From: Octopus sinensis
Lineage: Eukaryota
Assembly (NCBI RefSeq): GCF_006345805.1
Contig: NC_043005.1
Coordinates: forward strand, 98,456,001 to 98,520,000
Reading direction: 5' to 3'
Length of the DNA: 64,000 nucleotides
In this document: positions 1 to 12,074 of the stretch, in pieces
Numbering within the stretch: position 1 is the stretch's first letter
Layout of the letters: each line of letters starts with the position of its first letter
The notes under the pieces: model-generated
Told to the model about the DNA's origin: nothing
The model's database searches: none
The model's input: the letters and a program-made list of their open reading frames with translations, nothing else
Made by a program: the position numbers and the translations under genes

Positions 1-39
1 TTATACCCAGTTTTCCTCTTAAATCATTTATACTCTATT

Positions 40-225
40 GTGCATGCACACTGATATTACCCATCCAGCAGAGCATGCTAGCTTCATTTCTTCAAGCCTT
101 TGCAAATCCTCTGTAGTCGAAGCCCATGTTTTACTGCATGTAACATAGCTGCACATACACAGGCATCGTACAATCTACCTTTCACTCTGAGGGAGAAGCC
201 CTTACTTATCAACAGAGGTAGAAGC
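40..225 (-). mobile_element. RTE-clade LINE RT fragment (degenerate)
   Basis: Aligns by eye to 27335-27520, which lies inside the open RTE ORF 27023-27685(-); shares gcacactgatatta, gctagcttcatttctt and tacaatctaccttt. Confidence 0.8.
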
Positions 226-1687
226 TTTAAATAGGTTAAATGCATTTTGAGTTATATCTTGTGTTTAATTTTATATTTGTAATTTTACTATATACATATG
301 ATACATTTGAAATACTAGCATTATAAGGCAAAGAAACCTTAAGGGAAAAATGACCTCTTTATAGAGAATTGTAAGGGAATTTAGTTTTAACAAAATCACA
401 GTTAAAATGAAATCTCTTAAACCTTCTTGACAGCATCTAACAAATTTACCAATGCAAAGCCAATGCTAAACTTCCAAACAGATTTACCAATGCCAAGCCA
501 ATGCCAAACTTTCAAAGATAGTTTTGTGGCTTGTTTAACCATTTAACTAATTTTATGAAAGAGGAAGAAAAGATTTAATAAGAATATATAGTAATTTTTA
601 TGTAGGATTTCTTTAAGATATGGAATGTATTCCAAGGCTTACCCAGGAATAAAAAAAGTTAGGAAATGCTGGCCTGCTTCTTAATAACTAGCTCTCATTT
701 AACTTTGGTTTTAAACTAAAACAATATGCATGGTATAATGTATAATTAGGGCAATGAGTGTCAAAGTAACATCCATTTTGCTCATAAGAGAACACTTATA
801 GTGTCTACACCTAAATCTGAGAGCTTGTGACTCATATATAGTAGACTACAAACTGTAATAGTGCTCTTCCTGGTTATGTATCCTCATTAAGTTTTAACAC
901 AAGACAATCTACGTATACAAGATTACTCATTTGTGACAATGTTCAACATAATGACTGTAGCAAGGATTTGAAATATAACAGCTGTGAATAAGCACAACAA
1001 TGCAATGACAATTACAAACCACTGAACCATTAACTAAGAACGAGAACATTTTTCAACAAGGAAAATACAACAGCTGCATAAAGGCTGTACAGCAGTTGTG
1101 ATATTTGCTTCAATATTAAATGATTGCTCTTTATCTGTTTAGATACAGTATCTGGGTCTATGTAACTCATGGAATACAAAATTTACTACTACAAATATGG
1201 TTGGTTGTGTATGTGTGTGTATTTATTGTGGTAACGAACACTAAAGAGATCGTCTTCTTTAGACTTTGATAAGTCAGTTTAATTTGGATTAATCAATTTC
1301 CTAGATAGGTTGCCATCATAATGTAGTTTGAAAAGCTTTGCCAATACTCTCTGAGAAAGAGGAAAAGAGCAATCAATGAAAATTGAAGTAAAATAGAATA
1401 ACTAGATAAAGCAAGAATCACTCCATATAATGAAATAAAGTTGGCAATTCAATGAAGCTTAGAAGGTGTGTTTTATTAATTCAGGTCAAAGTAATACACA
1501 GACACAAAGCCATCTTAATGTACTACTAGACTACCCATGATCCATTGGGTCACAGGGAAAGTCTGAGTTTCCCAGCAACGGAGTTTTGTTTCATGGTTTT
1601 TTTTTCTTCTTTACCAGGTTATTTTGCATGCTTTCAACAAATGTGACATCGAAATCACGCATAAGCAGCACCTTTCCCCAGAAAAGG

Positions 1688-1806
1688 AAAGATTTGGCTG
1701 CTATTTCTTGCACGCCCTGCTACCACGTAACAGGTATTTTGGGTCCTTTATTGCAAATAGCAGTTACGTGGTAGCAGGGCATACTAGAAATAGCAGCCAA
1801 ATCTTT
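1688..1806. repeat. Inverted repeat, 44-bp arms (41/44 match) with 31-bp spacer
   Basis: 1688-1731 aaagatttggctgctatttcttgcacgccctgctaccacgtaac matches the reverse complement of 1763-1806. The arm motif atttggctgctatttct belongs to a dispersed repeat also seen near 11390 and 12675. Confidence 0.9.
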
Positions 1807-3015
1807 GGAAATGAGATACATTGAATGCACTCGAAAAAAAACTATGGAAAAAAATGATTTCACATCAAGGGTATGAACAGGTCTTTTATGAAATATTTAT
1901 GCCAAAAAAAAATTTTGTAATGTTATTCACTTGAAAATAATTTTAAAAAACATTAAAATATTGTCTGTTAAAAGAAAGCTAAAATATAAATACTTACTGT
2001 ACAAACAACTTACAGTTTTGAAATCACATTCACGTATAAATATCTCTAAATGATTATTTACTGTAAAAAAAAAAACTGTATTTTTTCGTTGTCAAGTCAC
2101 TGTCTAATTGAAGGGTAAGAGTTACTTTCATTCATAATTAAGTTAATTTCAGAGACTTTTCCCATTATGCACCGTTTTGGGTATTTATATCTGAAAAACC
2201 TTTAATATCTTCACGATTTATCCAATTTACGCAAAATTTGTTTCATTCCGTTCATATTTACATTTCAAGGGAACTTAAGTCACAGTATTTTCCCATTTTG
2301 CGCCAGTTTGACTGGATAACATTGCAAGCACTCAAGCAAGCAAGCAAGATTCAGTCTGACTTTTAATGTATTATAGATTGTAAAGGTTGCAAAAGTTCAT
2401 CTTCAGCTCAGTTGCAAATAAAATCAGAACTCTCTGTTTTGGGGAGTTAGCCTGCAGTAGACTAACATCCTCTCCCAAGAGATGATGACACTTTAATCCA
2501 TATGAGTCATTATGTCACACAAACCAAATAAATTAAAATAAAACAAAGATTGCTTCTTATTAACATTGTCACACACACATGCATGCTTATGCACAAACAG
2601 GAATCAATGACTCCATTTCAGCCATCTCTCTCTATATCAGGAATTGTAATAAAAGTACGATATTGGAACCTTTTCTCAATACCTTCTGCTGCAACTGTTA
2701 TTTTCAATGGCAGCAGAAAAATTTAAGAATAAGAGGTAAACATTGGTTTTCTCAAACTATTAATCCACAACACTTTAATTAATGCCACTTCTTTAAAATA
2801 TAAACCTTACTCCCCTCATCCAATTTCTCCAATATATTTCATGAATCAGTGGAATTCTAGAGTTGCAGTGACTCTATTGACCGAGTGACAAAAGTGAAAT
2901 GCTAGCTAAGTGCACCAAGTTCAAATCCTGCAAAGCCCAATATATTTGCAATCTACTTCATTACAAGAAGGTAATCCCTGGATATAATGTAATCTATTAT
3001 TCCATCAATCCATCT

Positions 3016-3140
3016 TGTTATGCAAATAATGTTGATATAAAGAGCATACGCATTCAACAGGAAGAGGAAGAGAGAGAACGGCCAGGACTATGACTAAAAA
3101 TTAGTTTCTTTGAACCAGGATTTACTGGTTATACATTACA
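3016..3140 (+). repeat. 5' LTR (125 bp)
   Basis: tgttatgcaaat...ggttatacattaca. Differs from the 3' LTR by 10 substitutions and a 16-bp indel; TATAAA at 3036-3041. Confidence 0.95.
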
Positions 3141-3141
3141 A

Positions 3142-3157
3142 TCAAAGAAACTAATTT
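3142..3157 (+). promoter_or_regulatory. Putative self-priming primer-binding site
   Basis: tcaaagaaactaattt is the exact reverse complement of LTR 3098-3113 (aaattagtttctttga). No TGG-starting tRNA PBS follows the LTR. Confidence 0.75.
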
Positions 3158-3226
3158 CTGGAAATACACAATTGGGAAAAGTTGCAGAGCAGTCTATAGA
3201 GAAATTTGCGAAAATATGTGAACGCT

Positions 3227-3985
3227 ATGGAAAGATACTTGAAACCTGACAGATTGAATGTAGACCCAAATTCTACAAATGCTGATAAAACTTTTAATCA
3301 CTGGTTTAGAACTTTCACCAACTTTATAGACTCACTACCAGAGCAGGAAGGTAGGATTATCAATAAACTCAATCTTTTGATTAATTATGTGGAACCCAAC
3401 GTATACGAATTCATCAGTGAAGCTAAGATCTACGAACAGGCTGTGAATACACTAAAGAGTGTGTACATTAAACCAAAGAACATCATAATGGCACACCATC
3501 TTTCAGCCACAAGAAAACAGAAACCAGGGGAATCTCTAGATCAGTTTTTAAGCGAACTCAAAATATTAGCGAAAGACTGTGACTTTGTTGCAGTGAGTGC
3601 TGAGCAGTACTGGTCTGAAATGATTCGAGATGCATTTATAAATGGGCTCACTTTGAATCAAATACAACAAAGACCATTAGAAAACAAAAGTGTCAACCTC
3701 AGTACAGCCTATGATCAAGCACGTTCACTAGATGTGGCACAACAGAGTTCCAGTGTCTTTCTAAACTCTGAGTGTGCCAACTTCAGTCCAACTGCACCCA
3801 TTGTAGCTAAGCCAGTAGATTCCCCAAAGCAGGAAGGAAAACACTCTGCCATGACCCGAAAAGGAGACCCCTCTCAATGTTGGTTTTGAGTCTATTCCAA
3901 ACACCCGCGGACTCACTGCCCTGCACGGAAAGCAGTCTGTCACAAATGCCAAAAAATAGGGCATTCTGGAAAACTATGTAGGAGC
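3227..3985 (+). pseudogene. gag: Gag with tandem double CCHC zinc knuckle (stop codon in first knuckle)
   Basis: MERYLKPDRLNVDPNS...RKQKPGESLDQFLSELKILAKDC; reads through as CWF*VYSKHPRTHCPARKAVCHKCQKIGHSGKLC. Paired knuckles are typical of Mag-clade Gag. Confidence 0.9.
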
Positions 3986-4079
3986 AATGCAGCAACTGTA
4001 ACACAGGATGACGGTAAATATGATTTGCCATTGGCAGTATCAGCATCAGCAGGTTCACCCTCCTGAGTAACCTCCATGG

Positions 4080-6070
4080 TTATACTGAACAATAGCTATA
4101 AAGCTGAAGCATTAATTGATAGTGGTAGCACTGGTAAGAGCTTCATCAGTGAGAAGCTAGTGAACACACTCAACATGAAGACGTCAAATTGAAGAACGTC
4201 ACTGGTATGGCTTCTGCATCTCTTTCTGTGGAATCCAAGGGACACCGCACTGTTTCACTAACCCTGAATAATCAGAAGTACTACCAGGTGAAACTGTACA
4301 TGCTCAGAAACTTGTGCACTGACCTAATTCTGAGTACTGACTTCCAGAATGGCATGAAAGTATTACCATACAATACGGAGGACAGAGACCACCGTTAACA
4401 TTTACTGCGCTAACAGCTATGAAAACTGATCCTCCAAAGCTATTTGCTCATCTCAGAGAGGACTGTAAACCTATTGCAGCCAAATTACGAAATTACTCAG
4501 AACGTGATCGACAGTTCATCAGGACAGAAGTACACCACTTAGCAGATGCGAATATTATTAAACCTAGTACTCCCCTTGGAGATTGCAAGTGTTAGTAGTT
4601 CAACAAAAAAAAAAGGCGAAGAATGGTGATTGACTACTCAGAGACGATTAACAAATATACACAGCTTGATGCCTATACTTTTCCTAAAATTGATGAGTTA
4701 GTGAACACTATCGCCAAGTATAAAGTCTACAAAACTATAGACTTACATTTGGCACACCATCAGATTCCTCTATCAGAGAAAGACCATCAATTCACTGCCT
4801 TTGAAGCTGATGGTAAATTATGGCATTTTACTAGGATGCCATTCAGAGTAACTAACGGCAGCGCACGTTTCCAACATATAATGGATGACTTCGTCACTAA
4901 ATTCAAGCTGCGAGATACATTCCCATTCATAGACAATTTAATCATATGTGGGAAAGATCAATGACTACGATAAAATTCAGAAAAATTTGAAATGGCAGCA
5001 AAAAGTGAAAGGCTTACCATGAATGAAAACAAATGCGTTTACTCAACAACTCTTGACTTTCTTGGATACCGTATCTCACACAATACCCTCAGCCCTGACC
5101 TAGAAAGGCTTGCTCCACTCTTCAATCTTCCTACACCAACTGACCAGAAATCATTAAAACATATAGTCGGTATGTTTTCTTATTATGCTAAGTGGATCTC
5201 CAAATTTTCAGACAAAATATATCTTCTAAATAACCTATCAAAATTTCCTCTAAACAGCCAACAAGTAAAAGCATTTGAGTCATTAAAAGTAGAACTAGCC
5301 AATGCTGCCATTCAAGCAATAGATGAGAACATTCTATTTACTATTGAGATGGATGCTTCGGATTTTGCCATATCTGCGACACTAAATCAAGATGGAAGAC
5401 CAGTCGCATTCCATTCTCACACACTGCAAGGTAGCGAACAGTACCACTCCTCAGTTGAAAAGGAAGCCCAAGCAATTATCGAATCAATTCATCATTGGAG
5501 ACACTTTCTCCTAGGTAGACATTTTACATTAATTACTAATCAATGTTCTGTTGCATTCATGTATAATTATAAAGCAACGAGCAAAATTGAAAATGATAAA
5601 ATTATGAGATGGCACATTGTGTTATCTCCAAACTCATATGATATTCACTATCACCCAAGATCCAGCAACATCGCTCTAGATGCATTCACAAGGGTACGCT
5701 GCTCAGCAATTAGTTCACATTCACTTTATGAGTTACATGCAGCACTGTGCCGTCCTGGTGTAGTATGTTTACATCATTTCATTCGCAGTAGAAATCTTCC
5801 ATATTCATTAGAAAACATGAAACAAATATGTAGGAATTCCTCATGAACGTCTTTTTAACTATCAAAGACGTTCAGCAACAGGAACATCTATGCCAACATG
5901 GCTTCTTAACCCAGGAACTGCACTTGTTCAAAGGAACAATCGCACTAACAAGTATGACCTTAATGTGGAGCAAGTTGATTTAATCGAAGCCAATCCTCAA
6001 TACGCTCATGTGTTACCCAGATGGTTGTGAAACCACAGTACCCACAAAACAATTGGCATCACCAGGGAAG
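4080..6070 (+). pseudogene. pol: Pol remnant: protease, RT, RNase H, integrase N- and C-termini
   Basis: PR ALIDSGST at ~4105; RT MVIDYSETIN..LDAYTFPKIDEL..RMPF..FIDN (4623-4964); RH EMDASDFAISATLNQDGRPVAF..EKEAQAI; IN HAALC..HHFIRSRNLPYS, then directly ERLFNYQRRS..PTWLLNPG..EANPQYAH. Confidence 0.93.
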
Positions 6071-6262
6071 ATTAACCCAACTGATAACCTAACCCACAAG
6101 AGCCAGGCAGAGAGCCAACTGAAATTTCTCTTCCTTCTAGAGATAACCATCAAGAACAAAAAGAAGAATCCCCTCAGCTGCGTCGATCACAAAGGATTCA
6201 GAAAGCCCCGGAAAGGCTTGATCTATGATTCTCTTTTCCTTCTTTTTCTAGGAAGAAGTGAA

Positions 6263-6403
6263 TGTTATGCAAATAACGTTGATATAAAGAGCATGTGCAT
6301 TTGATGGGAAGAGGAAGAGAGAGAACAGCCATTCGGAATAACGTACAAGACTATGACTAAAAATTAGTTTCTTTGAACCAGGATTTACTGGTTATATATT
6401 ACA
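6263..6403 (+). repeat. 3' LTR (141 bp)
   Basis: tgttatgcaaat...ggttatatattaca, preceded by the PPT and followed by the CATCT TSD. Confidence 0.95.
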
Positions 6404-7274
6404 CATCTCTAGATTCAAGAGAGATCAGATGTTAGACACATATCTACTTTATCACCTTGAGTAAGTTTTTTTTTTGTGTTTTGTTTTTAACTATAAACCT
6501 GAATATATTGAATGAAAAATAAGATGGGATGGTCATGGCTGGAATGTTTGATCAAAGCTAACCCAGGATAAACAACAATTGTATGATTGCTGCATGTACA
6601 CCAACCTTCTTAAATATTTAAAAACAAAAATTCAAATTGACCACTGACCTAATATCTAGTTATGGTATGGAAGGAAAATGTCAGCACACAAGCAGGTATC
6701 TACTTGTTCTGTGGACAATAAATATTACCAACTTCCAAGTCATAACCAATCATGCTGTTCTAATTTTGTATGTACAGCAGTAGCTGATAAATCAATGTGA
6801 TCGAATAGTGGAAAGGTTTGATTTCAATCAATTTCTTGCATATATCAGGTGACAACTGAATGTCAATAATCACAAATACGGTTGTCTTTTACCAACACAC
6901 TTACACACATAAGACTATCAGTATATGGAGAAGCAAAGAAATACACTATATATTTATATACAAAGTATATAGATGTGGAAAGTCAGTATACATAATATAT
7001 GAACACAAATAAAGTGTGTGTGTGTGTGATAAAAGTAATGTATTTGCAAACTTTACACTTGCCATACAATCAATACAAAGATTATACAGTGCATAAAACA
7101 AATCTATTAAAACATTAATAAAAATAACACCAACAATATTAATAATGATAATCCTCAAGATTTCCTTTATTAAGTGACAAGGTATTGAAAAGATATTTAA
7201 CATAAACAATTCCAGTAGATTACTAGAACGTGTTATAATCCAGAAAGTATCAATATTGATTTTAAATTTTGGCA

Positions 7275-7408
7275 CAAGGCCAGCAATTTCTGGGGAGAGG
7301 ATAGTTGATTACATCGACCCCCATGTTCAACAGATACTTGTTTTATCAACTCCAAAAGGATGAAAGGTAAAGTCAACCTTTGCAGAATTTGAACTCAGAA
7401 CATAAAGA
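7275..7408 (-). mobile_element. tRNA-derived SINE family II fragment
   Basis: Degenerate reverse complement of ttctgagttcaaattc..gttgactttgcctttcatcc..ggggtcgat, as in the fuller copies at 28666 and 44887. Confidence 0.8.
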
Positions 7409-8179
7409 TAGAGGTGTTGTGAAAATCATCTCTATATATATATAAAACTGAGAATGTGTGTCTGTCTGTGTGTTTCCCTAAAACTTGAGAACTACACAAC
7501 CAATTTCATTCAAATTTTACACATGCCTTACTTTGGGGCCATGTAGTTTCATGGGCAAAAAAAATGTTCAACTTCTTGCTTAGGGCAAGCCCATAACAAT
7601 ATCATATCTTCTCCACTATTTCAGTATTACGTGTTAAAAGTGAAACAAAAACATTTCTCTATTTTATGTCAGATACTTTCACTTTAACAATAAAAATTAG
7701 AGATAATAATAACAATTGAATTATATGTAGTAAGTAATAATTAAAATCAAACTAAAGTATAATATAATCGTAACATAACAAAAGTAAAAATAGCAATTGG
7801 TATAAAATTGCATCAATGACTTGAACTTGAATAAGTGGTTTCACATGAATGGGAATAAATTAAAAATAAAATTAGCATGCAGAAATGGAATAGTCCAGAT
7901 GGACTATTATACATAAAGGACTATAGCTTCAACTGCGTACTGCTTTTTGATTCACCGTAAGGTTTGTTGTTATTATTATTACTGTTTAACTATTGTTATC
8001 ACGTTTGTTGGTTCCTCATAAGGGAAATGCTGTTGTGTTGCATTTGTTAAATAATTGTAAACTGTAACCCTCCCCCTTTGGGAGAAGGAGCTTTAGTTAT
8101 TGTTTAAAAATTGAATTGTGTCCCTGTTTGGGGAAATTGACAATATTCTCACCGTTTACATGGAAGCATTTTTGTTAGA

Positions 8180-8710
8180 ATGCCTTCGATAGAAGAAAGT
8201 CCAAAAATGAATTTCACTGCAGCTGTCGGCGGGCGCGAACTCATTAAAATTAAAATGGAAGAAATACAAACCTATTTCGGATTGATCACCGACAAAGACG
8301 GTGAATCTAGGATAACACCACCAAACGAAATAAAAAATTAAATTAAAGAAAAGACTATTGACTATAAAGTATACAATGTAGAGAGAAAAAAAAAGATTTG
8401 AACACCTGGAGGAAAGCACCATCGAAAAGTGTCTTGGTGTGACTATGAAAGATATCTAACCAGAGGCGGTAAATTCGCCACAATAGAAGCAAGGTTCGAG
8501 TCAACGGAACGTGCAAGGGAGTACTCGATTTGAACCTTGCAAAGTGGAAATATTTTATTTTCACCTTTATATCAGGGACGTAGGACGTGCTGGATAAAAA
8601 TTAAAAATGTCCCCCCAGAAGTAGAGGTAGGATGGATTGTAGCCGCACTTCTATACAAGAGGGAGGACAAGATACAATTGATTGAAATTGCAAGAGACGG
8701 GCTTACAATT
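8180..8710 (+). pseudogene. LINE ORF1-like (RRM-type) 5' fragment, disrupted
   Basis: Stitched frames read YLTRGGKFATIEARFESTERAREYSI*TLQSGNILFSPLYQGRRTCWIKIKNVPPEVEVGWIVAALL, resembling L1/Tx1-type ORF1 (from recall, no search). Confidence 0.5.
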
Positions 8711-8856
8711 CCAGTTTGTTATATATTTTGAGTATTGTTATCACTAGCGATATCAAGATATAACTTTGTATTTTGTATTTTATGTGTAGATGTATATATA
8801 TATATATATACACGCATTTTTTTCTCTCGTTTCTCTCCGTGTTTCTTTTCTGTGTA

Positions 8857-8894
8857 TCTTTCTGTTGAAGAGCGTAGGCTCGAAACGTAAAAGA
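8857..8894 (+). ncRNA. Minimal type I hammerhead-like motif (Penelope terminal-repeat type), A6U variant
   Basis: tcttt-CTGTTGA-a-gagc(gtag)gctc-GAAA-c-g-T-A-aaaga: stem I 5 bp, stem II 4 bp, ACGT palindromic stem III. Confidence 0.65.
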
Positions 8895-9753
8895 CTTGTT
8901 TTATTTATATTCCTGAGCACCATACTAATACAATTGTTTGTTTGTATTCCACCTGCCTTCGTCTTTTGTTTATTTTCATAAAGCTTCCCGTTATATATAT
9001 ATATAGATGTACATGTAATATGTACACATATATACATGCATTAGCACTATGACCCAGCAACGATGGGTCATAATGCTAGTTTACTATAAACTGTTTAGAT
9101 TGACCCAATGAATTCCTTGTTACCTATAAGAAAATTTCTAAAAATGGACTGATCAAACAAATGACTACATTATTTTAGTAAAAGATCAGATTCATTTTTT
9201 TGCATTTTCTCTAAATGATAATAAAGAAACTTGTTCATGAGGATTAACAAGCATTGCTGAGTTTCACTGTATGAATTTATTCATTTGTGTGTTGTCTATG
9301 CTGGCAACTAAGGGTTATGTTATTATTCATAGATTCATCTGAATAAAGTCTTCAGATAAAGTGCTTTTCTGTTCTACAATATAATGCATATATGATTTCA
9401 ATTTGTTAAGAAAATTATCTTTGCTGGTTTATAATTTATAAACCTTACAACTGTATTTTGTACCCATTTCAAAAGTATATATACATCATGTGAAATTAAT
9501 TCATTTTAGAATACTGTAAACCAGTGCTACTCAAAGTAATGGTCTGTGGACCAGGACCAGTCTACAAGCCATCAGCTGCCGGTACACAGCGAGTTTCCAG
9601 AAAAGAAAGAAACATTATAAAATGCTTATGTAATATTGTATTATTTGCTTACAAAATAAATATAAAATACAAAAAATTGTCAACTTTTATTATATTCATT
9701 ATATATATTGTTTCCAGTATAAATTAATATTACTAAGAAATATTAGCAGTATA

Positions 9754-10135
9754 GGCGCAGGAGTGGCTGTGTGGTAAGTAGCTTGCTTACGAACCACATG
9801 GTTCCGGGTTCAGTCCAACTGTGTGACACCTTGGGCAAGTGTCTTCTACTATAGCCTCGGGCTGACCAAAGCCTTGTGAGTGGATTTGGTAGATGGAAAC
9901 TGAAAGAAGCCTGTCGTATATATGTATATGTATATATATATATGTGTGTGTGTGTGTTTGTCCCCCCAACATCGCTTGACAACTGATGCTGGTGTATTTA
10001 TGTCCCAGTAAGTTAGCAGTTTGGCAAAAAAGACTGATAGAATAAGTACAAAGAATAAATCCTGGGGTCGATTTGCTCAACTAAAGGTGGTGCTCGAGCA
10101 TGGCTGCAGTCAAATGGCTGAAACAAGTAAAAGAG
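9754..10135 (+). mobile_element. tRNA-derived SINE family I (CORE-like), full length
   Basis: ggcgcaggagtggctgtgtggtaag head, B-box-like ggttcagtcc, ccttgggcaagtgtctt core, internal (TA)/(TG), gaaacaagtaaaagag tail. Confidence 0.9.
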
Positions 10136-10429
10136 TACCTGGCACACTGGAAAAAAAAACTGCCAGTAGTTTACTGCTGTAAACCATTCACCAATTTCCA
10201 GTTAATTTAGTTCTCCAGTAACAAATTAACTCCCTTCCTGATTTTTCATTTTGTTAGTGTCTAAAAAGAATGTGTTCTTTGTTTTAATTTTCAGTGTCCT
10301 TTTTGTACAGATGGAAGATCATGATCTACGGAAAACTTGTTGGGATTTATACTCCTTTAAACAGTTTAGTCATCTTTGCACTAGCAGACTGCATGCTGTG
10401 CCTTGTCATCTGTCTTTCATGATTTCCAA

Positions 10430-10850
10430 TTCACCGCCTTTGATAATTAGTCAGACAAAGTTGAAATTTATTCAGCTCTGATATCATACAGGAAGAGTTT
10501 TATCCAGAAGGCATCAGTTTCAGAGATAAACATGGAAGTAACAATGTCATGAATTGAAGCTGCATGTTTGGAAAAGAGGATCAGTCACATACATCAGATC
10601 AAGGGCATCATGGTTAGCACAGCCTATCTGAAAATCTCAGAAAAGACTTTACTTCCATACATGTCAAGAGTCATTTGGATTAGTTCAACTTGAAGCATAT
10701 CACAGAAAATCGAAGAATTTATCAAAAGCAAGGAAATCCAACTGTTGCAGTGGTCAGTACAATCTTTCGCCTTAAATCTAATAGAAAACTTATGCAAAAC
10801 GGATTGACATGATAACTCAACTGAAGAAATCCAGGAAAATGAATGCATTG
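10430..10850 (+). pseudogene. Tc1/mariner transposase C-terminal relic
   Basis: Frame near 10700-10800 reads KIEEFIKSKEIQLLQWSVQSFALNLIENLC, a degenerate WPSQSPDLNPIENLW motif. No TIRs found. Confidence 0.75.
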
Positions 10851-12074
10851 CATAATTTGTATCACGAAAAAAAAAGGGGGAAAAATATTAATGCTTCGAA
10901 TAATTCAATTTTTTGTATATAAGATTCTATGTTGAGAATTTCAAGTATCCAATCAAGTATTAGTACCATAAAATTTTATTCTTTTGATCTTTTATGCTTG
11001 TGTTCCAATTTATTGAGAAAAAGATATGCTTTAAATGTTCTTAAATAAAAAGGCATTCATTATTATGGCATTATTAACACTGACAACAATTGCATTAGGC
11101 TAATTTAAAATTCTTGTATTCAAATTTACATCATTTAAAAGAGTAAATATTTCTATTCATATATAGTTTGAATAATAAATTCATTAAAGAGGGATAATTA
11201 ACATTCAGTCATCACTATACACTTGTCTTTGAACTGACACCATTGTTTATATATGCACAAATACACACATATACATAAACTTGAACTGAGCAGATTTATG
11301 ATCAAGGATTCAGATATGACCATCCCATCATTTTGTAAATATAAAACAGAATCCAGTATTTTCCCTTAAGGTAGGGCACAATTTGAGGAAAATTTAGCTG
11401 CTATTTCTAACTAGTCAAGTGGCCACATAGTCTCTGTCACTGGCTTCATGTGTGTGTGGGCCTATGTGCACATGCATATACATACACACACATATATATA
11501 TATACACATATCTCTATGTATGCATGTGTGTGAATATGAGTGTGTTAGCTTCCTTTTTTCGTTTATTTGAATTCTGCCTTTAGAGAAGAATTTAGTTTCA
11601 AAGAAACAATGCTGTATTACTGGAATTTAAATAACAACAGTGAAGAGCTACATTTTAAATTTTAGAAAAGCTTTGCATTTTTTTACAAAATGCCCTACCA
11701 CTAACCACACAACTAAAAAAAGTCTTGTATATTTATGCATGTCTGTATATATTTCTGTTGCTTCCCATGCTTGTGTAGTTCATTTGGGTAGTGGTACTTG
11801 TTTTCAGTTTTCATGATGTTAGTGAATAATACATTCCTTTGATATTCAATTGCAAGTAACTTTTCCAATTATTTAAGTCAACACTAAAAACTAACACAAA
11901 TCCTACTTTAGTTTTGTAGGACAGTCACAGCTTACACTGCAATGAATGATACCACAATGGTACTGGAATGAAGCTTTGGGGATAAAGCCATTGAACTTAA
12001 ATAAGCATACCTATGATTAGAAGCATTCCAGTCATGACCATTCCATATATTTTTTTCACATAGTTTGCATCTTC

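Larger units (their letters stand above)
3016..6403 (+). mobile_element. Ty3/Gypsy LTR retrotransposon, Mag-like lineage; defective (stops, frameshifts, integrase core deleted)
   Basis: TG...CA LTRs at 3016-3140 and 6263-6403; CATCT TSD at 3011-3015 and 6404-6408; gag-PR-RT-RH-IN order; purine tract aggaagaagtgaa at 6250-6262. Confidence 0.96.
7429..9079 (+). mobile_element. Non-autonomous Helitron with internal cargo (~1.65 kb)
   Basis: A|TCTCTATATATATATAAAACTGAG start; perfect 9-bp hairpin tatgaccca/tgggtcata (9048-9072); CTAG|T end; no TSD. Confidence 0.75.

Noticed and set aside
9660-10920. TIRs for the Tc1 relic
   Set aside because: Only a 13-nt A-rich match (atacaaaaaattg), expected by chance.
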